From: an uncultured Pseudomonadota bacterium
GTDB lineage: Bacteria > Myxococcota_A > Polyangia > Fen-1088
NCBI GenBank assembly: GCA_963847705.1
Contig: CAWKBC010000014.1
Coordinates: forward strand, 192,001 to 256,000
Direction: 5' to 3'
Length of the DNA: 64,000 bases
A program made the translations under genes and the position numbers. Every line of letters begins with the position of its first letter. Within the stretch, counting starts at the first letter, position 1. Positions 17,709-28,142 of this stretch are shown in pieces. The notes beneath the pieces are model-generated. The model had not been told where the DNA came from and searched no databases. It saw nothing but the letters and a program-made list of their open reading frames with translations.

Positions 17709-18830
17709 GTGGGGACGTCGGTGTCGTCGTTCGAGATCAAGACCGAACGGTTCGGGCGCTACCTGCTGCTCGCGCTGGCGACGACGCTCGGCTGCCGCGG
17801 CTCGACCGAGGTCCCCGAGGCGGGGGCGATCTTGGTGCGCGCCCATCTGGCGCCCGGCGCGCCGATGCCGGACGAGTTGAGGCTCTTCGTCTACGACGAC
17901 ACCGGGATCCTCTGGCACGACGTCCGCACCCCGTCGGAGGGGCCGCTGGTGGCCGAAAGCGCGACTCTCCTCGGGACGATCCTGATCAATCCGGGGACCA
18001 CGGTGGGTGATCTCCGAATCGACGTGCACGGGCTCGCGGACGGAAGCCTGGTCGACGAGGCGACGCTGGTCATCGCGCCGGACGCGCGCGGGCAAGGGAC
18101 ATTCGATCTGACGCTCTCCGGGGCGCTCCCCTCGGACACCGACGGCGACGGCGTCCCCGATCCAGTCGATGACTGCCCGACCGTTCCCGATCCGGACCAG
18201 ACCGGCTGTCGCGCCGACGGCGGGTCGGCGGACGCGGCCCCCACGCGGAGAGACGCCGGGCCCGACGCGCCGGCGCGGGCGGGAGAGGGAGGCACCGCCG
18301 GTGGCGGCGCGGCCGGCGCGACGGGCGGTGCGGCGGGCGGTGCGGCGGGCGGTGCGGCGGGAAGGACAGGACAAACCGGCACGGGCGGCACGGCAGGGCA
18401 ATCGGGTGCGGGCGGCGGGGCGGGACGGACCGGACAAACGGGCGCAGGCGGCGCGGCGGGCGGCGCGGCGGGCGACGCGACGGGCGGCGCGGCGGGAAGG
18501 ATCGGACAACCCGGCGCGGGCGGAGCGGCGGGACACGGCGGCGCCGGCGGCGCGACGGGCGGAGCGGCGGGACACGCAGAGGGCGGCGGCGGGTCGGGCG
18601 GTGCGGGCAAGCTCCCCCAGGGCGCCGCCTGCAGCAACGCCAGTGCTTGCGCCACCGGCTTTTGCAAGGACGGCGCGTGCTGCGACACCGCCTGCACCGA
18701 GGCGTGCAACAGCTGCGCGAGCGGCACCTGCACCGAGGTGACCAATGCCCCCGACGATCCCGAATGCCCCGAGCCGCTCTTCGCATGCAACAAGAGGGGC
18801 CAGTGCGTCATCTCGCTCTCATCCGACTGA
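17709..18830 (+). CDS. Lipoprotein with Ig-like domain, thrombospondin type 3 repeat, Gly-rich linker and Cys-rich C-terminal domain
   Basis: AGGAGG RBS before GTG, TLGC lipobox, DTDGDGVPDPVDDCP, and C-terminal CxxxxxCxxGxCxDGxCCxxxC. Confidence 0.75.
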   Translation: MGTSVSSFEIKTERFGRYLLLALATTLGCRGSTEVPEAGAILVRAHLAPGAPMPDELRLFVYDDTGILWHDVRTPSEGPLVAESATLLGTILINPGTTVGDLRIDVHGLADGSLVDEATLVIAPDARGQGTFDLTLSGALPSDTDGDGVPDPVDDCPTVPDPDQTGCRADGGSADAAPTRRDAGPDAPARAGEGGTAGGGAAGATGGAAGGAAGGAAGRTGQTGTGGTAGQSGAGGGAGRTGQTGAGGAAGGAAGDATGGAAGRIGQPGAGGAAGHGGAGGATGGAAGHAEGGGGSGGAGKLPQGAACSNASACATGFCKDGACCDTACTEACNSCASGTCTEVTNAPDDPECPEPLFACNKRGQCVISLSSD

Positions 18831-18859
18831 CGGCGCGCTGAGCTCCGGCGGCGCGGCGG

Positions 18860-20299
18860 TCAGACTTCGGGCACGGCGACCTTGTGCTGGCTGACGTTGT
18901 CGCCGTCGTCGGGCTTCAGGGTTCGGAACAGGATCGTCGAGAGGACCGTCAGCCCGCCGAGAGCCAGACAGGCCCAGTGGATGCCGTGGACGATCTGGCG
19001 AGGCATGGCGTGGAACCGATCGGGGATGAAGACGGCCACGGCCAGGGACGCCGAGGCGACGCCGAAGCTCAACGACAGCTGCTGGCTGGTGCTGGCGATC
19101 GTGCTGGCCATGCTGGCGTCGCTGTCGAGCACATCGGCGTAGGTGAGCGTGTTCATGCTGGTGTACTGGAACGAGGAGAAGAACCCGAAGCAGAAGGTCT
19201 GCGCGACGATCACCCAGAGCGGCGTGCGCGGTCCCACCAGCGCGAAGAGCCCGATCAGCAGGCCAATCGCGATCGTGTTGGTGAGGAGCACGCGCCGGTA
19301 TCCGAAGCGGCGCAGGAGGCGGGGCATCGCCAGGCGCAGGCTCATCGCCGCCAGCGACTGCGGCAAAATGAGCAACCCCGACTCGACGGCGCTGTATCCG
19401 AGCCCGACCTGGAAGAGCAGCGGCAGGAGAAACGGCAGGCCGCCGACCCCCAGGCGCGTCAGGAAGGCTCCGCCGATCGCCGTCCGCAACGTGCGAATGC
19501 GCAGCAGCGCCAGGCGCAGCAGCGGATTGGGCACGGTGGTCGCGTGGCGCGCATAGGCCAGCAGCAACGCCGCGGAGAGCGCCAGCAGGCCGCCGATCTC
19601 GGTCGGGCGCAGGCGGTGCTCGCCGAAGACCTCGAGGACATAGGACAGGAGCGCGATCCCGCAGCCAAAGAGGGCCAGTCCCACGTAGTCGAGCTTCTCG
19701 ACGCGCTCGGCGCGATAGTCGGGCAGGTGCCGGTGGATCAGGAACAGGCCGAGCAGGCCGAACGGCACGTTGAGAAGAAAGATCAGCCGCCAGTGGAAGT
19801 ACCGGACGATCAACCCGCCGGCCAGCGGGCCCAGCATCGGTCCGATCAGCGATGGGATCGCGACGAAGGCCATCGCGCGGACCAGCTCGGAGCGCGCGAA
19901 GGTCCGGACCATGGTGAGCCGGCCCACCGGCACCATCATCGCGCCTCCCATCCCTTGCAGGATTCGAAACGCGATCAGCAGGCGGAGGTCGGTCGAGATC
20001 CCGCAAAGGATCGACCCCAGCGTGAAGATCCCGATCGCCGATGAAAACACCCGCCGGGTCCCGAACCGATCGGCGACCCAACCGCTCACCGGAATGAAGA
20101 CCGCGAGGCTGAGGGTATAGCTCGACAACACCGACTTCATGCTGAGCGGCGCGATTCCCAGCGCGGTCGCGATGGTCGGCACGGCGGTGTTCAGGATCGT
20201 GGTGTCGAGCGACTCCATGAAGAACGCCACCGCGACCAGCCAGGGGACCAGGGCCTTGGAATCCCCGCTGGCCTGCGAAGTGGTAGTAGGGACGCTCAT
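18860..20299 (-). CDS. MFS drug:H+ antiporter, DHA2 (EmrB/QacA, HsrA/MdtD-like)
   Basis: FMESLDTTILNTA, GWVADRFGTRR, WRLIFLLNVP, about 14 TM helices. Confidence 0.9.
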   Translation of the reverse strand: MSVPTTTSQASGDSKALVPWLVAVAFFMESLDTTILNTAVPTIATALGIAPLSMKSVLSSYTLSLAVFIPVSGWVADRFGTRRVFSSAIGIFTLGSILCGISTDLRLLIAFRILQGMGGAMMVPVGRLTMVRTFARSELVRAMAFVAIPSLIGPMLGPLAGGLIVRYFHWRLIFLLNVPFGLLGLFLIHRHLPDYRAERVEKLDYVGLALFGCGIALLSYVLEVFGEHRLRPTEIGGLLALSAALLLAYARHATTVPNPLLRLALLRIRTLRTAIGGAFLTRLGVGGLPFLLPLLFQVGLGYSAVESGLLILPQSLAAMSLRLAMPRLLRRFGYRRVLLTNTIAIGLLIGLFALVGPRTPLWVIVAQTFCFGFFSSFQYTSMNTLTYADVLDSDASMASTIASTSQQLSLSFGVASASLAVAVFIPDRFHAMPRQIVHGIHWACLALGGLTVLSTILFRTLKPDDGDNVSQHKVAVPEV

Positions 20300-20432
20300 C
20301 CGACCGCGATACCAGGAATTGCGTGAGGACAGGAAGAAAAGGCCGCCTGGCGAGCCCGTTCGACGGCTTCCCGGACCCACCCGACGTCGCCGAGACGGCC
20401 TGGCGAGCAACCGCCGCGCCGCCCTCCGCCGC

Positions 20433-20672
20433 TCAATGAGCGCCGAGGAGCGGCGACGGCCAGGACGGGCGCGACGGACGCTTGCGCGGCTGGCGCTCCG
20501 CTGGATGCGTGAAGATCTGCCCGAACAGCTCGAGCGGAACGGCGAAGGCGCCCACCGTGGTCCCGACCAGCTCGACCACGACGCTGTCGTCCTTGATGTC
20601 GCGGACATTCACCTGGACCCCGCGATCACTCTCCCAACACTCGTTCTTGTCAGGCCTGTCGGGATGGCTCAT
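20433..20672 (-). CDS. Small hypothetical protein, possibly leaderless
   Basis: 79 aa with globular beta-rich composition. TACACT lies 6 nt upstream of the ATG. Confidence 0.45.
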   Translation of the reverse strand: MSHPDRPDKNECWESDRGVQVNVRDIKDDSVVVELVGTTVGAFAVPLELFGQIFTHPAERQPRKRPSRPSWPSPLLGAH

Positions 20673-21015
20673 AGGGCAAGTGTAAGCCTCATACTGAGCG
20701 GGGTAGGACCCTTTCGCCCGCAGCGAGCGTGCTTAAAGCGCGGCGCCGCGAGCTCCGGCTGGATGAGGCGCTGGCCCTGGTTCAGCCAGGGCCAAGCTCA
20801 TGCGACGCGTGCGAGAGCTGGTCACCGACGACGATCCGGGAAGTGACCGCACAGCCAGTTTCAGGAAGCGGTTCCGGTGCGGCCACCCTGGCTCGGATCG
20901 CCGATCGGCCGATGCCAGGCAACCCATCAGAGGGTCCGCTGCAGGATTCCGTGGACCTTGGGCGAACATCTCGAAATAGTCGGGCCTGCTTTCGTTGTGT
21001 CAAAGAGGAGTCACG

Positions 21016-22842
21016 ATGCCCGCAGCGCCGGCCAAGAACGATGGGATGGGGAGCCTGCTCTACCCGAGCGGCGCGTGCCGCTTTCGGGTCTGGGCACCGT
21101 TTGCCAAGAGCGTGAAGGTCGAGGGGGATTTTACGGGGTGGGGCCCCGCCGGCGCCGTCGATCTCAATTCGGAGGGCAACGGAAATTGGTCCGGCGAGAT
21201 CCCCGGGGTGAAGGCGCTTCAGCTCTACAAGTACCTGATCGAGAATGTGGGTGGCCCGGGGAACGACGACTCCCACGTGTGGGAGCAGGCCGACGCGCGC
21301 GCGTTGCAGGTGGAGAGCTCGAACTTCGCGTCGGCGAGCTACGTGATCGCTCCCTTCGATCAATCTCGCCGGCCGGCGTTCAGCACGCCCCGCTTCGAGA
21401 ACTTCTCGCTCTACCAGCTCCACGTGGGCTCGTTCGCGGGACTGAACGACCGGGCGCCGCCGATGACCGGCCGAACCGCGAAGTTCTCTGACGTCGTCGC
21501 CAAGCTCTCTTACATCCGTGGGCTCGGGTTCAACGGGGTGGCTCTGCTTCCGATCGGCGAGGTCAAGGGTGACATCGGGGGGGTCGGGGAGGGCTACGGA
21601 ACCTGCGACATGTTTGCGCCTGAAGATCTGTATGGAACCACCAAGGACACCGCCGTCGCGGATCTGCTGGCGCTGGTCGACGCCGCCCACGTCGCCGGCT
21701 TGGCCGTGATCTTCGACGTCGTCTATGGTCACTCGGCGACCAATGACAACCGTTACTGGACCTACGACGGCAACCAGTACGGAGCCAATCAGGGCGGTGA
21801 GTATTTCGACCGTGGGAACTACAACACGGGCTTTGGGGCGGGATTTGCTTTTTGGCAGCGAGAAATTAAGGACTTCTTCCTCGACAACGCGCGGATGTTC
21901 CTGCGCGACTATCGCGGCGACGGGTTGCGGTTCGACGCCATTCAACTGGTGCAACCGGACGCCATTCAGGATCTCGCCGGAGCGTTGCAAGCGGAGTTTC
22001 CCGACAAGTACCTGATCGCCGAATACAACCCCGGGGACAGCAACGCCTGGGGGCCGTCGATGGACCCTTTCACGGGTCTGCACTTCGACGCCACCTGGGA
22101 TCTGGCCGGTCCGTACCAGGCGTACGCCGCGCTCAATGGCGCGGGCCCCGTCGACAACCTGCTCACGCTCATCGGCGATTTCCAAAATCCCGCGCCTTGG
22201 TGCTCGGTGCGATACCTGGCTGGATCACACGATCGGATCTTCAACGACGGCACCGACATCGAGAGACGCTACCTGGTCGAGCGCTTCGGTGGTCGGACCA
22301 ACGGCTGGGCTCTGGCCAAGGCGCGGTTGGCCTGGGCGCTGACCGTGACGCTGCCCGGAACGCCCATGCTGTTCATGGGGACCGAGGGTCACCTCGACGG
22401 ATTCTGGAACCCCGACCTCGTCAACGGCGTCGACCGCCGTGTCGACTGGAGCAAGATGGGAGATCCGACCGGCGCTCCGATGCAGCGCATGGTGGGCGAC
22501 ATCAACAACCTCCGGTGGCAACATCCCGCCCTGCGCTCGCCGGCGGGGAACGTCACCCACGTCGACCGGCAGGGGCAGGTCGTGGCGTTCAAGCGTTACA
22601 CGCTCGACGGCGATCTGCTGCTCGTGGTGGTGAATGTCAGTGACAACCAGTGGGCCTTCCACGACTACGGCGTCCTCATGGGCGGCGAGGCGGGCACCTG
22701 GACGGAGGTCTTCAACTCGCAGGCGCCCGAATATGGCGGCATCGACAGCACCGGGAACTTCGCAGAGTTTCTCACCGTCTCGGATGGCAAGCTGTTCTTG
22801 AACCTGCCTCGGTGGTCGGTCGTGGTGTTCCGGAAGACCTGA
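21016..22842 (+). CDS. GH13 alpha-amylase family protein with CBM48 (branching enzyme / trehalohydrolase-like)
   Basis: FRVWAPFA, YQLHVGSF, DVVYGH, and catalytic RFDA, IAEY, SHDR. GAGGAG RBS. Confidence 0.88.
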   Translation: MPAAPAKNDGMGSLLYPSGACRFRVWAPFAKSVKVEGDFTGWGPAGAVDLNSEGNGNWSGEIPGVKALQLYKYLIENVGGPGNDDSHVWEQADARALQVESSNFASASYVIAPFDQSRRPAFSTPRFENFSLYQLHVGSFAGLNDRAPPMTGRTAKFSDVVAKLSYIRGLGFNGVALLPIGEVKGDIGGVGEGYGTCDMFAPEDLYGTTKDTAVADLLALVDAAHVAGLAVIFDVVYGHSATNDNRYWTYDGNQYGANQGGEYFDRGNYNTGFGAGFAFWQREIKDFFLDNARMFLRDYRGDGLRFDAIQLVQPDAIQDLAGALQAEFPDKYLIAEYNPGDSNAWGPSMDPFTGLHFDATWDLAGPYQAYAALNGAGPVDNLLTLIGDFQNPAPWCSVRYLAGSHDRIFNDGTDIERRYLVERFGGRTNGWALAKARLAWALTVTLPGTPMLFMGTEGHLDGFWNPDLVNGVDRRVDWSKMGDPTGAPMQRMVGDINNLRWQHPALRSPAGNVTHVDRQGQVVAFKRYTLDGDLLLVVVNVSDNQWAFHDYGVLMGGEAGTWTEVFNSQAPEYGGIDSTGNFAEFLTVSDGKLFLNLPRWSVVVFRKT

Positions 22843-22872
22843 CATGGATGAGACGCGCCAATGAGGTGCCGG

Positions 22873-23460
22873 TCACCTCGACGAGACGGCCTGGCAGACG
22901 CCAGCCACGCAGGGTTGGCCCTGCGCGCAGGTGAGGTGGCAGCTCCCGCAATCGTTGCTGTCGCTGTTCAGATCGGCGCAGGCCGGTGGGATGTTGCCCA
23001 GCGCGGCGCACAGGGTGTTGCCAGGAGGGCATTCACATGCGCCATTCGTGCAGGTCTCACCGCTCAAGCAAGCGTTGCCGCAGCCGCCGCAGTCGTTGCT
23101 GTCGCTGTTCAGATCGGCGCAGAGCTCCTGGAGACCGACCGTCGCCGGGCACCTGGTGTGACCGGCGGGACAGATGCAAACGCCATTCAGGCAGCTCTCG
23201 CCGACCAAACATGCCTGCGTGCATTGAGCTGAGGCGGCCGAGCCTCCCGGGCCCGAGACACCGGTGGTGCCCACCCCGCGCGTGGCTCCTGCGCCAGTCG
23301 TCTCCCCTGCCCCGCCCGCACCCGACGGTCCCTGCCCAGTGGCACCCGCGCCGGCCGCAGCGTCCGCGCCGGTCGACTGAGCACCTCCGCAACCTTGCAT
23401 CATCGCGGCCACGACCAAGATCGACATTCCGACGCCGACCAATGAGGTCCTTGACCACAT
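22873..23460 (-). CDS. Cys-rich repeat lipoprotein (Stig1-like / myxobacterial Cys-rich type)
   Basis: MQGC lipobox, Gly linker, two CADLNSDSNDCGxCxxxC repeats. Confidence 0.75.
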   Translation of the reverse strand: MWSRTSLVGVGMSILVVAAMMQGCGGAQSTGADAAAGAGATGQGPSGAGGAGETTGAGATRGVGTTGVSGPGGSAASAQCTQACLVGESCLNGVCICPAGHTRCPATVGLQELCADLNSDSNDCGGCGNACLSGETCTNGACECPPGNTLCAALGNIPPACADLNSDSNDCGSCHLTCAQGQPCVAGVCQAVSSR

Positions 23461-23617
23461 GCCCGCCCTCTGGTTCTCCACCCGGAAGGTAGCGACCATT
23501 CACTTGCCAGCACAGTGGGTCGCGCGCGAAACGATTTCGCTGCCGCTCCTCGCCGCATTCCGCAGAGTGGGAAATCGGCGCTATCTTTGAGCGCGACCCG
23601 ACGGTCGAGGAGCGCCC

Positions 23618-24661
23618 ATGGTCACGGGATTGGTGCTGCAGGGTGGGGGAGCGCTGGGGGCCTTCGAGCTCGGCGTGATCGAGTGGTTGCTCGACCAGGA
23701 GATCTCGCTCGACGTCGTCTCGGGGGTGTCGATCGGGGCCGTGAACGCCGCCGTGCTGGCGGGGAGCAAGCATGGGGATCCGCGGAAGGATCTCCGCGGG
23801 CTGTGGGCCGACCTGACCACGCCGGCGCTGCCGCCGCCGCTGGATCTCGCGAATGGGCAGGTGTCGCTTTTCGGCAACCCGGGGATGTATGCCCCGCGCG
23901 TCGACTACCTGGATCTGTGGCGGTGGACCAGCTTCTACGAGACGGGGCCGCTCCGGGCGACCCTCTCCAGGTACGTGGACTTCGAGAAGCTGAAACCCGG
24001 CGCCACCCACTCGCCGCAGCTGATCCTCAGCGCCACGAACCTGGCCTCCGGCAGGCTCGATCGCTTCGACAGCCGGAAGATGGCGGTGACGGCGGAGCAC
24101 GTCGTCGCCAGCAGCAGCCTGCCGCCCGCCTTTCCGATGACCACCGCGGCAGGCCCGACGCCGGGGGGGCCCCCGATCCCGTACTGGGACGGCGGGTTGT
24201 TCGACAACACGCCGCTCTCCAAGGTCATCGACGCGCTGGAGGATCGCCAAGACGATCCGGACAAGACCATGTACGTGGTCAACCTTTTCCCCTCGAGTGC
24301 CCCCCTGCCGCGGAACATGTCCGAGGTGCTGAACCGGATCACCACCCTGGCGTTCAGCAACCGGACGGAGAAGGACCTCCAGCGGGCACACCGAACCACC
24401 AAGATCATCCAGCTCGTCGACGAGCTCGACCGGATGATGATTGCGCACCCCGAGTTGGAGCAGCTCAAAGCTCACCCCGGTTACCGGGCAGTGAAGGAGC
24501 GCAAGCGGCCGATCCGGATCATCCAGATCACCAACACCGACGTCACCGGCCCGTCCGATTTCTCACCTGAAGCGATCGCGGACCGCCGCCGCCGTGGCTA
24601 CGCCGCGGCCGCCGCGTCCCCCGAGACAACAGCTCCCGCTCCGGACCTTCGCTTTCGATGA
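23618..24661 (+). CDS. Patatin-like phospholipase
   Basis: GGGALG, GVSIG and DGG motifs. AGGAG RBS. Confidence 0.92.
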   Translation: MVTGLVLQGGGALGAFELGVIEWLLDQEISLDVVSGVSIGAVNAAVLAGSKHGDPRKDLRGLWADLTTPALPPPLDLANGQVSLFGNPGMYAPRVDYLDLWRWTSFYETGPLRATLSRYVDFEKLKPGATHSPQLILSATNLASGRLDRFDSRKMAVTAEHVVASSSLPPAFPMTTAAGPTPGGPPIPYWDGGLFDNTPLSKVIDALEDRQDDPDKTMYVVNLFPSSAPLPRNMSEVLNRITTLAFSNRTEKDLQRAHRTTKIIQLVDELDRMMIAHPELEQLKAHPGYRAVKERKRPIRIIQITNTDVTGPSDFSPEAIADRRRRGYAAAAASPETTAPAPDLRFR

Positions 24662-24674
24662 CGCTTGATCGTGT

Positions 24675-26927
24675 TTGACAGACACTCAGTGTGTTCTCTC
24701 GACCGCGCCCGCAATGGCTTCCAGGAACTCGGAGCCCCCCTCGGCACCTGCTCAGAGCCCAAGTCGGGCTGCTAGACTGGTCGGCGTGCGCGAGCGCTGG
24801 TCTTCGATCGACCTCACGCTCGTCTTGGTGTTCGTCGCCCTGCCGCTGCGAGCCGCGGCCGCGGAGCAGCCGCAGCTCTCTCCCCGGATCGATCCGGCCA
24901 GCGTCGTCCTCTACCCCGACCAGGGACGGCTCGAGCTCACGGGTGACCATCTGCTGGGGTTGCGGCTGCGCTGGGAGGCCGCGCACGTCAACGGAGCGCC
25001 CGTCACCGGAGCGCCCGTCGGTGGCGGGCCGGTCAGCGGAGCGCCCGTCAGCGGAGCAGACGTCTGCCTCGAGCCGACGCCCGCCGGAAAGCACGAGCAC
25101 TGTGCCTTTTCGATCCCCCGCACCCTGCCGCCGGACGCGGAGTTTGCCTGGGCGCCGGTCCTGTCGTTCGGGGCTGTCGGCGCGGCGGCCGAACAGACAG
25201 CGGGCTTCGCGCCGCTGCGCCCCGCGCGGGTGGTGCTGGATCGAATCTTCCCCGCTTCCGCGACCGCCGTCGATCTGAGCGCCGACGTGGGACGGATCCC
25301 GCTGGCGCATCCGGAGGCGGTCGCGGCGATCGACTGCGGCCAGGCGCGTTGCGAGCTCGATGAGGGCGCGGTCCAGGTCCGCGCCATCTCCGCGGCGGTC
25401 ACGGCGTTGACGATGCACGTCCACCTCGCGCCCCACTACGTTCTTCTCCGCAACGACTCCGCCGACAACACGATCACGCAGACCATCGCGGTGCTCCACT
25501 GCCCCGCCGAGATCGTCTCGGGCGCGCCGCTCCGGAGAGCGGACGCCACCAACGTGCTGGTCCGGCTGGGGGGCCGTTGCGGCGGCGATCAGCGCGAGCT
25601 GCGGTGGAGCGCCAACGGCGAGCCTGCCACGGTGGTCCGGACGGCCAAGGAGGGCGAGTCGTTGTTGGTTCTCCTGGCGGTCGGTGATCTCGAAGATGCG
25701 ACGCTGACCCTGACGGCGACCCGGCCGGAGGCGGACGGATCCGTGGTGGCGGTCGCTCACGCCTCCACCCGCCCTGCCCCGCTCGCCCGCGCGACCCTCG
25801 AGCTGCCGGGGTACGGGCCGATCGACTTCATCCCCACCAACCGGGACGTGGAGGTCCACGTCGCGCCCGTGGGAAATCACGCCTACCTCGTTCCGTTGCC
25901 CGAGGAGGGCGCCTATCGTGTCACCGCGGACCCGAAGGGCCCGGGTGTTCGGGGCGAAGACAGCGTCGGCGGCTTCGTCGCGCTCCGTTTCGGTTACCGC
26001 GTGGAGGGACTTCCGCCGCCGTTCGCGGCGACCGACCTGGCCGTGCTGACCGAATCGCTCCAGCGCCCGATCCGCGAGGCCAGCATCCCGGCGCCGATCG
26101 GCCCCTCGGCGCTGGGGCCGAATCCCCTGGTGGATCTGCTCTGCACCGACGAGCACGGCAACCTGGAGCGGATCCCGCCGGGGAAGCGGACCTCGATCCC
26201 TTTCGCGCGCCGGGATGGCTGCCGGGTGGTCATTCATCGCGAACGCTTCAAGCCCGAGGACGGCACGCAGGATCTCAACGTCGAGATCGACGTGACGAAG
26301 GTGGACGACAGCCCGCGCGCGGACGCCCACGTCACCGAGCGCATGGTGCTTCGTCCCGGCCCGGAGAGCCGCATCTTCTGGATTCGAGGCGTCAAGGGGC
26401 AGTTCGATCGCGTCACGGTGCGGATCGCCCACGTGGCCGACGACGCCCGCTACGTCGGCGGGAGCGAAACGCGGACCTCCCTGCCCGCCGTGCAGTGGAC
26501 GCTGGTCGTGGGCGAAGGCCGGATTCGGTTCTACGCCACCGCCGCCATCCCCACCGGCCTCTTTCACATCACCGCGCCGAGCGGCGTGTTGAGCCTCAAC
26601 TTCGGCGTGGTGTCGCGCCTGACCTGGCTCGATCAGGAGGGCCACGAGGGGCTGCTCGGGCTGGAGCTGGGCGCGATGGGGGTGGGACTGGCGTCGACGC
26701 CGGCTTTTCCGACCACGCTGGCCGTGCTGGGAGGCGTGGGGGTGAGCATCCCCATCGGGAACCGCGGCGAGCCCACCCAGGCGGCGGTCAACCTGCACGC
26801 CTGGGTCGCCTACGAGCTCCGCGCCGACTACACGTATGTGTCAGGAACCTCGACGCTCACGGCCAGCCACTGGTCGCTCCTCTTTGGACCGAGCATCACA
26901 ATTGGCAACGTCGGAACGAACCTGTGA
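24675..26927 (+). CDS. Large secreted / outer-membrane hypothetical protein
   Basis: Signal-like hydrophobic stretch, beta-rich domains with Cys pairs, amphipathic beta C-terminus. Start is uncertain (ATG 24713 possible). Confidence 0.65.
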   Translation: MTDTQCVLSTAPAMASRNSEPPSAPAQSPSRAARLVGVRERWSSIDLTLVLVFVALPLRAAAAEQPQLSPRIDPASVVLYPDQGRLELTGDHLLGLRLRWEAAHVNGAPVTGAPVGGGPVSGAPVSGADVCLEPTPAGKHEHCAFSIPRTLPPDAEFAWAPVLSFGAVGAAAEQTAGFAPLRPARVVLDRIFPASATAVDLSADVGRIPLAHPEAVAAIDCGQARCELDEGAVQVRAISAAVTALTMHVHLAPHYVLLRNDSADNTITQTIAVLHCPAEIVSGAPLRRADATNVLVRLGGRCGGDQRELRWSANGEPATVVRTAKEGESLLVLLAVGDLEDATLTLTATRPEADGSVVAVAHASTRPAPLARATLELPGYGPIDFIPTNRDVEVHVAPVGNHAYLVPLPEEGAYRVTADPKGPGVRGEDSVGGFVALRFGYRVEGLPPPFAATDLAVLTESLQRPIREASIPAPIGPSALGPNPLVDLLCTDEHGNLERIPPGKRTSIPFARRDGCRVVIHRERFKPEDGTQDLNVEIDVTKVDDSPRADAHVTERMVLRPGPESRIFWIRGVKGQFDRVTVRIAHVADDARYVGGSETRTSLPAVQWTLVVGEGRIRFYATAAIPTGLFHITAPSGVLSLNFGVVSRLTWLDQEGHEGLLGLELGAMGVGLASTPAFPTTLAVLGGVGVSIPIGNRGEPTQAAVNLHAWVAYELRADYTYVSGTSTLTASHWSLLFGPSITIGNVGTNL

Positions 26928-27974
26928 TCTCGGCGGCCGTGTCGGCGTCCAGGAGCTTCTCGTAATCGACAGATACTCGTCGGCCATGCGTTGCGCGGTG
27001 AACCGTTCTTCGAACGAGGCGCGGCAGAGCCGGCGCGGCAGGGCCAGCGCGCGCTGGACGGCGTCGACCGCTTCGTCGACGTTCTCGACGACGAAGCCTG
27101 AGACGCCGTCGACGATGACCTCCGGCACCGAGCCCCGCGCGAACGCGACCACCGGAGTTCCGCAGGCCATCGCCTCGATCATCACCAGACCGAAGGGCTC
27201 CGGCCATTCGACGGGAAAGAGGACCACCGCGGCCTCGCCCAGGAACCGGTCCTTCTCCGGCTCGTCGATCTCGCCCAGGAACTCGATCAGGGGATCATCG
27301 AGGAGCGGCTTGATCCTCGACGCGAAGTACTCCTCGTCGACCTTGTCGACCTTGGCCGCCATCTTGAGCAACATCCCGGTGCGTTTGGCAATTTCGATCG
27401 CGCGTTCGACCCCCTTCTCCGGCGACATGCGGCCCAAGAAGGCCAGGTACTGCCCTCGGTCGGCCCGAAACGAGAGCAGGTCCGGCGGCAGTCCGTTGTG
27501 GACGGTGCCTTGCCAGGCCGCGAACTCCACCGGAGTCCGCTGGGCGTCCGAGATCGACACCAGCGGTTCATCGGCAAACGTTCGGTAGAGCGGCAGCAGA
27601 TCGGGAATATCCAGCCGGCCGTGCATCGTGCTGACGTGCGGGGTTCCCAGGCGGCGCATGACCGGGAAATGCGGATGGCCGACGTGGAAGTGGATGACGT
27701 CGAACTCGGCCTCGCGGCGTGCGACCTCCTCGACCATGCGCATGTGATGCGCAAACGGATCGACGCAGCGGCTCTCGAATCTCAGGGCGCGCGGCACACA
27801 AGCCACGAGATTGGCCCTGGTCACGGAGTCGCCGCTGGCGAACAGGGTCACCTCGTGACCGTCGTTGACCAGCTCCTCGGTGAGAAACGAGACCACCCGT
27901 TCCGTTCCACCATAGAGCTTGGGCGGGACACTCTCGGTGAGTGGGGACACTTGAGCAACTCGTAGCGGACGCAT
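26896..27974 (-). CDS. Glycosyltransferase family 4 (frameshift near 26964)
   Basis: VPPKLYGGTERVV, GRMSPEKG, EPFGLVMIEAMACG. The natural end YEKLLDA...QL continues in another frame to the stop at 26896. Confidence 0.88.
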
Positions 27975-28142
27975 GCGTTATGGATGATAAGCACCTCGGG
28001 GCGATCCGCGACCGTCGACGAGCGATCGAACGCATCGGAGCCGGTCAAGCCTCGGCCAGCAGCAAACCGGCTGCCACCAGACTCGGGAGCGTTGCCAGCT
28101 TGCGGCCTCTCCAAGCGGGCCTTATCCGATAGGGCGTCGACA

